Below are positions 37,701 through 49,989 of a DNA stretch of 64,000 nt, piece after piece. Numbering within the stretch: the stretch's first letter is position 1; every line of letters starts with the position of its first letter. The notes beneath the pieces are model-generated. The model saw only the letters and a list, made by a program, of their open reading frames with translations. It searched no databases and was not told the DNA's origin. The position numbers and the translations under genes were made by a program. Origin of the DNA: Chiloscyllium plagiosum (taxonomy: Eukaryota); contig NC_057711.1 of NCBI RefSeq assembly GCF_004010195.1, positions 79,826,361 through 79,890,360 of the forward strand, given 5' to 3'.

Positions 37701-40406
37701 TAAATATCCTCTAAATTGGAAAAACTTATCTAAAATTTGGATGCTTAGTTCAACGCTCCATTTTGCTTCTTTTTCTTTCCTGAATCCAAACTCCTTCAAA
37801 CTGCATTTTTGGATTGATGTTTTCAATACTGGAATTGACTTTGCATCATCCAAGACACAGCCGCTGCCATTGTTTGGTAAATGAATCTGAATGTGGAATA
37901 GTAGAGTTGAAATGTTTATGATGCTGTACGTATGCCCGAGTTTTATATTCACTGACGAGAATCTCCCTTCCCCCCCCCCCAGCTGCCTCATCCTTTTCCC
38001 ATGCACTGCAAAATCAAATTTGGAGACATTGTTCAAAGTTTGTGAGACATTGTATAATTATCTTACAATATTCATCTTGGATCAGAAGGCTATAAGCTGA
38101 ATCAAGAGCGAATTAGTCCAAAATAATGTTTGAATAATTTGTAAAGTATCTAACCTCTAAATATTTACTTATATACGTATACTGATAATCAATTTTTTTC
38201 TTTACAAACCATTCCTCTTGCTGGATTAAAACATAAACAAGTATCTGCTTAAACAAGTCTGGCAGCTAATTTTCAGCCATGAACTGAAGCTTGAGGACAG
38301 TGTTGCTTTTTCTCCCTCGGTTGTGGTCAAAGAGGAAATCTATTCCAGTCTCTTCTTCAACAGTTCAATCATTAAAAGGCCACTGATCATGATGGGTGGT
38401 AACATTGTCATTTTATATGAAAGGCTATCATTTTCCTGGTAAATAGGTTATAGTTAAAATGACTCTGAGAAGACAGTAGTGAAGAAGAGTTTATACAGAG
38501 ACAATAATATCATATCCTGTAATTAAGAATTGACCATGATAAAATGTGGAACAAGTAAACAAAAGGATAGAGTGCCTTTGCTTTAATCCAATCACTACAG
38601 AAAGTTTCACACATGACATGTAGCCCAATTATAGACTCGTAGAGATGTACAGCATGGAAGCAGACCCTTCAGTCCAACTTGCCCATGCTGATCAGATATC
38701 CTAAATTCATCTAGTCCCATTTACTAGCATTTGGCGCAACCTTCCCATTCATATACTCATCCAGATGTCTTTTAAATGTTGTAATTGTACTAGCCTCTGC
38801 CACCTCCTCTGGCAGCTCATTCCATACATGCACCACCCTCTGCGTGAAAAAGTTGCCCCTTAGGTACCTTTTAAATCTTTGCCCTCTCACCCTAAACCTA
38901 TGTCCTCTAGTTCTGGACTCCCCAACTCCAGGGAAAATATCTTGTCTATTTCTCCTATCCATGCCCTTCGTGATTTTATAAACCTCTATAATTCACCCCT
39001 CAGCCTCCGACGTTCCAGGGAAAACAGCCCCAGCCTATTCAGCCTCTCCCACTAGCTCAAATACTCCAATCCTGGCAACATCCTTGTAAATATTTTCTGA
39101 ACCTTTTCAAGTTTCACAACATCCTTCCTATAGGAGGGAGACAAGAATTGAACACAATGTTCAAAAATTGGCCCATCCCATGTCCTGTACAGCCACAACA
39201 TAACCTCCCAACTCCTAGATTCAATGCACTGACCAGTAAAAGCAAGTGTACTAAATGCCTTCTTCAAAATCCTGTCTAACTGGGACTCCACTTTCAAGAA
39301 AATATGAACCTGCACTCCAAGATTGCTTTGTTCAGCAACACTCCCCATGACCTTATCGTTAAGTGTATAAGTCCTGCCCTGATTTGCCCTTCCAAAATGC
39401 AGCACTTCACATTTATTTAAATTAAACTCTATCTGCTATTCCTTATCCCATTGGCCCATCTGATCGAGTACCTATTGTACTCGGAGGTAATCTTCTTCGC
39501 TGACCACTATGCCTCCAATTTTGGTGCCATCTGCAACCACACCAACCATAATTCCTGTGTTCACATCTAAATCATTTATATAAATGATGAAAATCAGTGG
39601 CTATGGCAGTGATCTTTGAGGCACACCACTGGTCACAGGCCTCCAGTCTGAAAATCAACGTTCCATCACCATCATGTGTCTTCTAACTTTGAGCCAGTCT
39701 ATATCCAAATGGTTAGTTCTCTCTGTATTCCATGTGACCTAAGCTCACTAACCAGTCTACCATGAGGAGCCTTATTAAACGCCTTACTGAAGTCCATACT
39801 CTGTCTTCATCAATCCTCTTTGTTACTTCTTCAAAAACTCAATCAAGCTAATGAGACACAATTTCACATGCACAAAGCCATGTTGACTCTCCTTATCAGT
39901 CCCTGCCTTTCCAAACACATGTAAATCCTGTCCTTCAAGACTCCCCCAGTAACTTGCCCACCACCAATATTAAGCTCTATAGTTGTTTATAATTCTTTGG
40001 TTTTTCATTATCATGTTTCTTAAACAGAGTCACCACCTTAGCGAACCTCTAGCCTTCCAGCACCTCGCCTATGGTTATTGACAATGCAAATATCTCAGCT
40101 AGGGGCCCAGCAATCATTTCTTAGATTCCCACAGAGTTGTAGGGTACACCTGATCAGGTCCCAAAGAATTATCCACCTTTATGTGTTTTAAGGCATCCAG
40201 CACCACCTCCTCTGTAATATGGATGTTTTTCAAGATGTCGCTATTTATTTCCCCAAGTTCTCTAGTTTCCATATCCTTCTCCACAGTAAACACTGATGCA
40301 AAATACTTGTTTAGTATCTCCCCCATCTCCTGTGGTTCCATACATAGGCCTTGCTGATCTTTAGTTGACCCTATTCTCCCCCTTATTACTTTTTTGTCCT
40401 TAATAT

Positions 40407-40590
40407 TCAAAGTTTGTGCGAAGATTTGTAGTTCGGGTGCTCGTTATTGTGGTTCTGTTCGCCGAGCTGGAAGTTTTTGTTGCAAACGTTTCGTCCCCTG
40501 GCTAGGTGACATCATCAGTGCTTGGGAGCCTCCTGCAAAGCGCTTCTTTGATGTTTCCTCCGGTGTTCATAGTGGTCTGTCAGACCACTA
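40407..40590 (-). mobile_element. Short family C PLE insert with terminal fold-back
   Basis: 12 bp TSD tgtccttaatat at 40395-40406 and 40591-40602; hairpin catagtggtctg-t-cagaccactatg. Confidence 0.85.
40482..40521 (-). ncRNA. Minimal type I hammerhead ribozyme motif, family C, core intact
   Basis: Minus strand: GCA-CTGATGA-t-gtcacctagccaggggac-GAAA-c-GTT-TGC; stem I GCA/TGC; stem II closed by gtc/gac. Confidence 0.75.
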
Positions 40591-40736
40591 TGTCCTTAAT
40601 ATATTTGTTGAATTTGTTTGGATGCTCCTTAACCCTATTTGCCAAAGCTAGCTCATGTCCCCTTTTTGCCCTCCGGATTTCTCTCCTATGTATACTCCTA
40701 CTGTCTTTATACTCTAAGGATTCATTCAATCATTGT

Positions 40737-41046
40737 TTAGATTACTTACAGTGTGGAAACAGGCCCTTCGGCCCAACAAGTCCACACCGACCCACCGAAG
40801 CACAACCCACCCATACCCCTACATTTACCCCTTTAACCTAACACTACGGGCAATTTAGCATGGCCAATTCACCTGACCTGCACATCTTTGTGACTGTGGG
40901 AGGAAACCGGAGCAGCCGGAGGAAACCCACGCAGACACGGGGAGAATGTGCAAACTCCCCACAGTCAGTCGTCTGAGTCGGGAATTGAACCCGGGTCTCT
41001 GGTGCTATGAGGCAGCAGTGCTAACCACTGTGCCACCGTGCCACCC
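40737..41046 (-). mobile_element. Young full-length HE1-type V-SINE nested in the CR1
   Basis: Close reverse-complement match to 60637-60951. Confidence 0.95.
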
Positions 41047-43321
41047 ACGGTTGTCTATACTTGACATATACTTACTTCTTTTTCTTGACCAAAACCTCAA
41101 TTTCAATCGTCATCCAGCATTCCCTATACCTACAAGTCTTGGCCTTCACCCTAACAGGAATATACTGTCTCTGGAATCTTGTCATCTCATTTTTGAAGGC
41201 TTCCTATTTTTCAGTCATCTATTTACCCGCAAATATCTTTATCCAATCATCATTTGAAAGTTCTTGCCTAATACCATCAAAATTGGCCTCCCTTCAATTT
41301 AGAATTTTAAGTTTTAGATCTGGTCTATCCTTTTCAATCACTATTTTAAAACTAATCATCACTATCCCCAAAGTGTTCCCCTACTAACTCCTCAGTCCCC
41401 TGCCCTGCCTTATTTCCAAAGAGTAGGTCAGGTTTTGCACCTTCTCTGGAGGGTACGTCGACATACTGAATCACAAGTTTTTCTTGTACACGCTTAACAA
41501 ATTTCTTTCCATCGAAACCCTTAACACTATGGCAGGCCCAGTTGATGTTTGGAAAGTTAATGTCACCTAGATTAACCACCCTATTATTCTTTCAGATAAC
41601 TGAAATCTCCTTAAAAATTAATTTCTCAAATTCCTGCTGATTATTGGGGCGGCAGGAGGGGGTTGTCTATAGTATAATCCCAATAAGGTGATCATCCCTT
41701 TCCTATTTCTCAGTTCCACCCAAATAACTTCATTGGATGTATTCCCAGGAATATCCTCCCTAAATACAGCCAAATGTTATCCTTAATCAAAAACACTACT
41801 ATTCCTCCTCTCTTGCCCCTTTCTATCCTTCCTGTAGCACTGGAACATTAAGCTGCCAGCCTTGTCCATCCAGGAGCCAAGTCTCTGTAATCACTATGAT
41901 ATCCCAGGTCCATGTTTCCAAACATGCCCTACTTTCCCTGTTCGGTTTCTTGCATTGAAATAAATACAATTTAATTGATCAGTCGGACCTCGTTCTCCAC
42001 TTTGTTCCTGTTTGATCAGCTCCTTTTCCTAACTGCACCAGTCTCAGACTGATCATTTTTCTCACTGTCTCCCTGGGTCCTCACCCTGCCCCTTACTTGT
42101 TTAAATCCTCCTGAGTAGCTTAGCAAATCACCCTGCCAGTATATTAGTCCCCTTCCAATTCAGGTGCAATCTGTCCTTCTTGTACAGGTCACTTCTACCC
42201 CAGAAGAGATTCCAATGATCCAAAAATGTGAATCCTCCCCCCCTGCACCAGTTCCTCAGCCATACATTCATCTGCTGTATTCTCTTATTCCTAACCTCAC
42301 TAGATCATGGCACTGGAAATAATCCAGAAATGACTCCCTTTGAGGACCTATTATATTTTGTCCTCAGAATCTCATCCTTTTCTCTTTCTATGTTGTTAGT
42401 TCCAATATATACAATGGCCTCCAGCTGGTCTTTCTCCCATTTGAGAATGTTCTGCACCCTCTTGGAGATATCTTTGATCCTGGCAATAGGACAGTAACAC
42501 ACCATTCTGATGTAAGATTTTTGTCAGCCACAGAAGCGTCTGTCTGTGCCTCTGATTTGAGAGAGCCCTATCGCTTGGAACCTGATATACCCCTTGTTAC
42601 ATTAGAGCCAGTCTCAGTACCAAAAACCTGGCTGCCAGTGTTACATTCCCCCAAGAGTACATTGCCCTCCTACAATTTCCAAAACAGCATAACTGCTTGA
42701 GATGGGGATAGCTCCAAGAGACTCCTGCATGACCTGCCTACCCCTCCTACCTTTCCTGGAGGTAACCCATCTACCTGACTGTATCTGCTGTTTTCTCTCT
42801 TCCTGCAACTGCCCTCCATCACAGTCCCTAGTTTCTGTAAATTCCTCATTGCCTCTAACTGCTGCTCAAACAGATCCATGTGATGCAATAAATATCGCAA
42901 CCAAACACACTTACTGCAGACATAATCATCGGTAACATGGAAACTCTTCCCAATCCGACAGGAAGAGCTCATCACTCTACTAAAGGCTGTCTCTGAACCT
43001 TTAGTATCTACAGACCTAGAATATAGCACAGTCTTATTGATCTAAAAACACTGCTCCAGACTAACTTAGTACCTTTGTTTCATATTTTTAAAGTTTAATC
43101 AAGAGACAGATCTCAATAAAAAAAATAAAAAAACTGCTCTCTGCACACAATTGTAGACTTAAAAAAGAGAAGTAAGGTTACACTCAAAAGCCATCCACTT
43201 AGCTGTTCCCCTACTATGAGCTCCCCCACATTGGTTTCTCCAAGGTCAGTGGTGAATTTCACTTTTTTTTTGTTGATGAACTATGATGTCCAAAGATAGT
43301 TGAAACCAAACAGCAGAGGCA

Positions 43322-43458
43322 GAGATCTGTGTAGATTTACTGCTAAGTCGGAGAGCTGTGCAGGTTTACTGCTGAGTCAGACAGCTATGCAGGTTTACTG
43401 CTGAGTCGGACAGCTGTGCAGGTTTACTGCTGAGTCGGACAGCTATGCAGGTTTACTT
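43322..43458. repeat. 29 bp tandem repeat, about 4.7 copies, in the CR1 5' UTR
   Basis: (acagctRtgcaggtttactgctgagtcgg)n. Confidence 0.9.
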
Positions 43459-45877
43459 TTCCATTTGATTCACTTCCCACACAGTCATTGATTTGTTCTC
43501 TCTTCCTCTTTTTTAAAGTGACACTGTTTTGATTCTTTTTCCCCTGAAGTTCCAAAACAATACAATAGCTTTAAAAAACAGTAATTACTGCTCCTGGAAT
43601 TTGAGGAGATCAGCTCCAGCACGGAAAATATCACAATAAAGGAGCATCTTTCAGCCACAACCTTTTTCCATCTCAATCTTGGATCACCTAGAATCCTTGT
43701 ATTTCAAACCTTCATTGTATTTTTCAAAGCATTGCAGAACAAGCCAAAAGTCCTGTTAGAATTCTTCAAACTAAGACTGTTTTTCATAAACTGCATTAGG
43801 TTACACACATTGGCACCATGTGAAAATGTTACCTGTAAAATAAGTGGACTCAAATAATACCCATATGCATTTAAGAGTTGTAGTTTCATTGTTGTGTTAG
43901 CCAACCAGTTTTGATTTCTTTATCTACGATTTACTAAAGTATCAAATGTACAATAAAGGTCCTATAAATACCTTGGCTTGTAAATGTCTAAAGTTAGTGT
44001 TTATTATTTTATTTCGATTGCATTGCCCTTCTGGGATGGATTTCATCAAATCAGCATCATCTTTCAATAACAGCTGACTTTTTCACATTTATATAATCGG
44101 AGAGTGATCGAACAGTGAAGGAGAAGTTCATGTAGGTTGTAATGTAGGAGATACTGCATACAATTATGACACTCACACATAATTGTCACTTCATGTGAAT
44201 TTTAAAAAATCTTTTATTGTAACCCCATTTTGTATTACAGCTACATTATTATTAATTATTGAAGTGTAACACAGCCTATGCAGTTGGCTGCTCCAATGAA
44301 TCAGACTTCAAAGTAAAAACTCCTATTTATCATTGATAGCACTATGAAACCGGGCTTCATTTTACATTTGTACAAACTCCCCATATTCCACCTTACTTGA
44401 CTTTGCTGAGAGCTGACAATTTGATGCTGGTTTCCTGAATAAACTGGCTATAAAAAACAATTAACTGTAGGTAGAAGAATGCTCCATTCAGTGCTCAGGA
44501 GAAAAAGAAAATACAATGTCTTTCACATTGAAAATCTATTCTGCATTTGTAAATTGCTAACCCTCAAAGAACATTTAGGTTTAAGTATGATCACATTTTG
44601 CTTTGTGAATAAAAATACCATACTTATGTGAAATGTTGGCCAGGCTTGTGAACAACAAGTTATCATATTTGGAATGCACTGTAGAAAGAAAATATGGAGA
44701 TCCACTGTTGGAATGGATTTTAACCAATGTAACAACTTGAATAATTCTGAATTTGATCAATTCAAATGAAACCAATAATTTTAGATGGATTCAGGTGATT
44801 TAGCTTCTAATGATTTAGGTTTTATTTTCACGTGTATTCGGGTATGGAAGTACAGTGCAAGTGTACAACCTCACCATTCCCAGCACTATCTGAGGTACAA
44901 GGGTACTGAGGTAAAAAATCTTAGGTACAAAATTGGAAAAGTAAAGAAACAAGTTAAAAAGTACGTCACCATAGTTCATTTTAGTGTAAAGTAGAAAAGT
45001 AAACAAATAAAATTATAAGTTAAACATTAATGTCTTTTCTTAAACCTTGAGCCTGCAGTCAGTCTATGCTGGTCTTTCCCCATGGGTCACGCTCTTCCTC
45101 CCGCGCTGGGCATGCTCCCCTCCCCCACTACGCCAGACATGCTCTTCCCCCACGCTGAACACGGTCTCCCCCCATGCTGGGTGAAGTCCTGCCTAGGCTT
45201 GTCAGCCACAATGCTGGTGTTTCTCTCTCTAGTCACATTGCCGTTGCCAGCCGCCATCTTGAAGTCAGCTCTTCAAGCATTCAGCAAAACCACCTGTAAA
45301 AGCAACTTTGATGGCCATAATACTGTCCTATTGGTTGGCCAAAAAGCTCTTCTTTCACCAAGTTCTGTTTTCTTCAATCTCAATTAGCTAATATACCTGG
45401 CAACAATGACCTTCATGACAGGACGAACTGGCTACCAATGGCTTAGAATATGATAACTAGTTGATTAATTTGTGTCATACTTCAACTCCCAATATTATAG
45501 TGATGGGATAGAGTGAATGGCAGAGAGGAAAGAAAAGGAAATAAATCCTGCATACTGAATCCAACTGTGTTGTGACAAGTCCTGTCCCACTAGATATATG
45601 GATCAAAACTCTGCCAGGTCAGTTACATGAAGATCCATGGCAGAAGCCCCCAACAGTGTACAGGTGTCAATCTGAAATGAAGAGTCAACTGGTTATTTAC
45701 CCTTCAACAAGAATCACTAGAACAGGTTATCTAGTCATTGTCATTTTGCTATTTGTGCAACCTTGCCATGTAAAAATTGGTTGTTCTGTTTCTTACATTA
45801 CAATAGTACAACTTCTGTATAAATGTATAAAAAGGAATGGAGACATTAAAGTGAACATTGGCCCCTTAGACAATGAG

Positions 45878-46008
45878 GCGAAAGTGAGGACTGCAGATGC
45901 TAGAGATCAGAGTCAAGATTAGAGTGGTGCTGGAAAAGCACAGCAGGTCAAGCAGCATCTAAGGAACAGAAAATCGACATTTTGGGTAAAAGCCCTTCAT
46001 CAGGAATC
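45878..46008 (-). mobile_element. Short family A PLE insert
   Basis: TSD gacaatgag at 45869-45877 and 46011-46019; 5' end at gattcCTGATGA. Confidence 0.85.
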
Positions 46009-47120
46009 TTGACAATGAGTCTGGTGAAATAATAATGGGGAAATCAGTAAATGGCAAAGGAGTTGAGTAAATACTTGACATCAGTCTTCATAGTCAAAGA
46101 CACTAATAGCATTCCAAAATTCCTAAATAATCAAGGTTCAAAAGAAGAAGAGGAAATATATACAATGACTACCACTAGAAAAAAGTGCAAATGCAACTAA
46201 TTGAGAGTAGGATCAATAAATTTCCTTGACATGATGGGATTCATCCTAGGATACTACAGGAAGTAGCACCAGAGATAATGGATAATCAAGGCAGTGATGG
46301 ATATAGTATATTAGCATGGATTGGGGTGAGAAGGGCTTTTTCCAGATTGCAATCTGCAACTATTAGACTGCCACAGGGATCAGTTCTGAGGCCACAATTA
46401 TTTATAATATAATAGCATAAATGATGAAAGTGAATGTACTATAGCCAAACTTGTGGATGATGTAAAAACAGGTGGGAAGGCAAGTGGTAAGGATGTCTCA
46501 AACAGTCAGATTATGGTGACTGGGCAAAAACTTGGTGTATACGATAAAACTGCCTAGATACCAGGGAAAAAGTGAATTATACACTTTCGCAAGAAGAATA
46601 GAAGAGCTGAATATTATTTATATGGAGAAAGACCGCAAAAATCTGCAGAATAGAGGGATTTGGGGGTCTTCATCCATGAATCACATGAAGAGGTTTGGGC
46701 CCCTTATCTAAGGAACAACAAGGTGACATTGAAGGCAGCCCAGAGAAGGTTCACTTGGTTGATACCTGGGTATGGAAGGGCTATCTAATGAGGAAAGGTT
46801 GAGTATTTTTGCACTAAACTCAATGGAATTCAGAATAATTGAAACATACAAGAGTCTTAGTACAGTTGATCTGGTAGATGCGGAAAGAGGATTTCCCCTT
46901 ATCCAAAAGTGTTGTAATCTGAGAATGAAGGGCCAACCACTTAAGACATCAATGAGGAATCTCTTCTCTCAGAGGTAGTAAACCTATGGATTTTGTTTCA
47001 CTACTAAAGGCTATCAAGTACATTCAAGACGGAGATAGATTTTTAATCAGTAAGGGAATCAAAGATTATAGGGAAAAGAGATGAGGATTATCAGATCAAC
47101 CATGAGCTCATTAAAGGGCA

Positions 47121-47243
47121 TGAAGAAGGGCATGTGCCCGAAACGTCGAATCTTCTGTTCCCTAGATGCTGCCTGACCTGCTGTGCTGTTCCAGCAATAA
47201 AGTTTCAGCTTTGATCTCCAGCGTCTGCAGACCTCACTTTCTC
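47121..47243 (+). mobile_element. Short family A PLE insert
   Basis: 14 bp TSD ctcattaaagggca at 47107-47120 and 47244-47257; starts TGAAGA-a-GGGC-atgt-GCCC-GAAACGTC. Confidence 0.9.
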
Positions 47244-48344
47244 CTCATTAAAGGGCAGAACAGATTCAGTGGGGCTGAATGGCTAACTTCTGCTCCTATG
47301 TCCTATGGTTTCAATTGAGGTCCTGAGGTTGTGAAAGGCACAAGTCACCAAATGTATGTCCATTCTTTTCTTATGCATAAATCTTATGACAGACAGATAT
47401 AAATGTTTGTTTGTTTCTTCGGCATTTAATAATCTAATGATTACCATCAAGCCATTGATGGAAAAACCCATTCTGGTTCGCTACTGTCCTTTAAGGAAGG
47501 AAACTGCTATCCTTATCTAGTCTGGCCTACACATGACTCCAGATCCATAGCAATGTGTGTGACTCTTAAGGGCCGATGGGTAATTAGTGATGGACAATAA
47601 ATACTGGCCTAGTCAGCGATGCCCACATTCTGAACATAAAGGAAAAAAAAGTACTCAGTTATCGATTGTGAACATTACTAGCTTGATCAGAATTTATTCC
47701 TTACACTAATTGCACTTGGTTTGCCATTTTCTTGATCTACTGTAGTTGTGCAGTGTTGATAATACACAGGAAAGGAACTCTAGGATTTTGACCCAATAGT
47801 AGACAAAAAACAATGACATGTTTCCATGTCAAAATGGTATATGACTTAGAGGGGAAGTTGCACGTGGTGGTGTTCCCATATTTTGTTGCTCTAGTCCTGA
47901 AAAAAGATAGGCATGTTTGGAATAATTCAAACAAATCTTGTATACGGTACACAATGCTGCCACTGGACATTATCGATGGATGAAGTAACTATTTAAGATG
48001 GCACATGGGGTGCCTATCCTGCTTTATGCTAAATTGTGTTAACCTTTCAAATGCCATTGGAATGGCACTTATCCAGTCACATGAGGAGTATTCTATTACA
48101 CTTCTGACTTGTAACCAGAATAGGGTGGATAGGCTTTGTTGAATAAGGAAATGAGTTATACACTGCAGAATTCCCATCCTATATAATTTCCCCCATAGGA
48201 TATGCTTTGGTAATTTTGGGGTTTTCGATTATAGTGCATTTGGATAACTTTTTCCCTTTCTTTGAGTGATTGGTGACACCATGGATTTTATTTCCAATCT
48301 GAAATTGGGAACTTGATGGCTGAATCATTTCTCCGTCATAGAGC

Positions 48345-48650
48345 CATAGAATCAGAGAATCTTACAGTGCACAAATTCTGTTGATCAAGACCACACTGAC
48401 TCTCTGAAGAGTATCCCACCCAGACATAACCCCCTACCCAATCCCTGCAATTCAGCATTTCATTTGGCTAATCCAACTAGCTTGCACGTCCCTGGACACT
48501 ATGGAGCAAGTTAGTACGGCCAATCCACCTAACCTGCACATCGTTGGACTGTGTAAGGAGACTGGAGAACCCAGTGGAAACCCTTGCAGATATGGGGTTA
48601 ACGTGCAAACTTTGCACAGGCAGTCACCCAAGGCCAGAATTGTATCTTGA
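48345..48650 (-). mobile_element. HE1-type SINE, old and 5'-truncated
   Basis: Reverse-complement core ccaatccacctaacctgcacatc...ggactgtg. Confidence 0.8.
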
Positions 48651-49867
48651 CCTCAAAATTTCTTTTAAGGCTCTAAGTCGACTGGTGTGCAATTGTTGTC
48701 CATTCCATAGAATGCAGAACCTGTTACTGTCATTTTAAGAGGTAACTGGCTGCCATTACTGGGTTTGCCAGTGCCTGAAGGAATAGAGCAGATGAAACTG
48801 CAGACCAGTTTGCAGGCCACAAAACTGTTGTAACACTCACTGCTCCAAAACTCAGTGTTCTGTGATGCTAACTTTATGCCTCTGAATGAACATCTCAATT
48901 TGCCTTCTTCTTCAGTTCTCTGAGTGAAGGCAGATCCTTGCTGAATATTCACAAATATCTGTGACATTTTTACTACAGTTACGTGTCAAGACAGGCAAAC
49001 AGTTTGACTATTTCTTTATTCTACAAGCTTTTTCGTCAGCCACAATCAATCAATAATACCTCTCAGTTGTTCTCCCAATAACTTAACGTTCATTAACATA
49101 TCCCAGGCCATTCACTCTTCCCATAATTAACTTTGAAAATTTGACCCTGCCATGTAACTTGTTTCCAAGCTCTTCAACAAGCTGAATAGTAATTTATTTG
49201 AGGTCATTCAGGTTAATAGTGTCAATACACCTCCCCGGCATCCTCCCTCCCCACCCCTCCAACATACCCATTTTAAAAATCCAGACTGACATGTGTTAGT
49301 TTAGAGTGCACCAACACCTGAAATCAGGGTGATCATGCATTCAGCCCCCTGTTCATAACAGAGAAAGATATTTGATTTCTTAACATTAAGTTAATGCACT
49401 CGAATGGTTATAAAATCATATGTTTCTAAATGGTTCACTCATTATTGTGCTACCTGAATAGCAAAGTTAACAACCTGTTCATCGGTATGAATTTTACATC
49501 AGTCGTCCTTTCCTGCACAGCTAAAACAGGTCAATCACTGAAGAGTATAATTGTTATCTATGCATATGTCAAGGAGTCTGAACCACGCGCTCTATTTATA
49601 ATACAAAAAGATAATAATCATGCTGCTGACTGCATTTATGAAGGAAAATAGGGAAAAAAAATAACAAACAAGCAATACATAGAAGCTGAGAGAGTAATTA
49701 ATGAGTCATGAGAGATTTACCTGATTGGGATATTTTGTTTCTGCTTTGATACCCTTCAGTATTTTCAGTCATGAACCAAAGTGGGTTCAAGTCCCTTTAA
49801 CAAAAAGCACTTGAATTAATATTGTGCTCAGAGTTTAAAACAGTAAGTATTTGTAAGCTTGCTTATT

Positions 49868-49989
49868 AGGGAGAAAGTGAAGACTGCCGTTTGTTTTTCC
49901 TGATGAAGGGCTTATAACCAAAATGTCAATTCTCCTGCTCCTCGGATGCTGCTTGACTTGTTGTGCTTTTCCAGCACCACACTCTCGAC
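49868..49989 (+). mobile_element. Rearranged short family A PLE insert
   Basis: 14 bp TSD taagcttgcttatt at 49854-49867 and 49990-50003; an inverted 3' tip precedes ttcCTGATGA. Confidence 0.85.

Larger units (their letters stand above)
38632..43680 (-). mobile_element. Near full-length CR1 LINE (5' UTR, ORF1 zinc finger and SGNH esterase, ORF2 EN-RT, 3' UTR), decayed
   Basis: Minus ORFs: YVCSKC (42670-43029); ARIKDI...IVYIGTNNI (42305-42505); GDINFPNINW; RT and FFTQRVVHVWNELP. Confidence 0.92.
45835..47310 (+). mobile_element. Old CR1 with multiple internal deletions, carrying two PLE inserts
   Basis: KVNIGPLDNE, LPQGSVLRPQLF and EGLSNEERL remnants; CR1-type 3' UTR near 47270-47310. Confidence 0.8.

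Noticed and set aside
38240..38442. Open frame of about 65 codons (QLIFSHELKLEDSV...)
   Set aside because: No recognisable protein and no strong donor site
43322..43458. CRISPR-like 29 bp repeats
   Set aside because: Units are directly tandem with no spacers, inside a eukaryotic LINE 5' UTR
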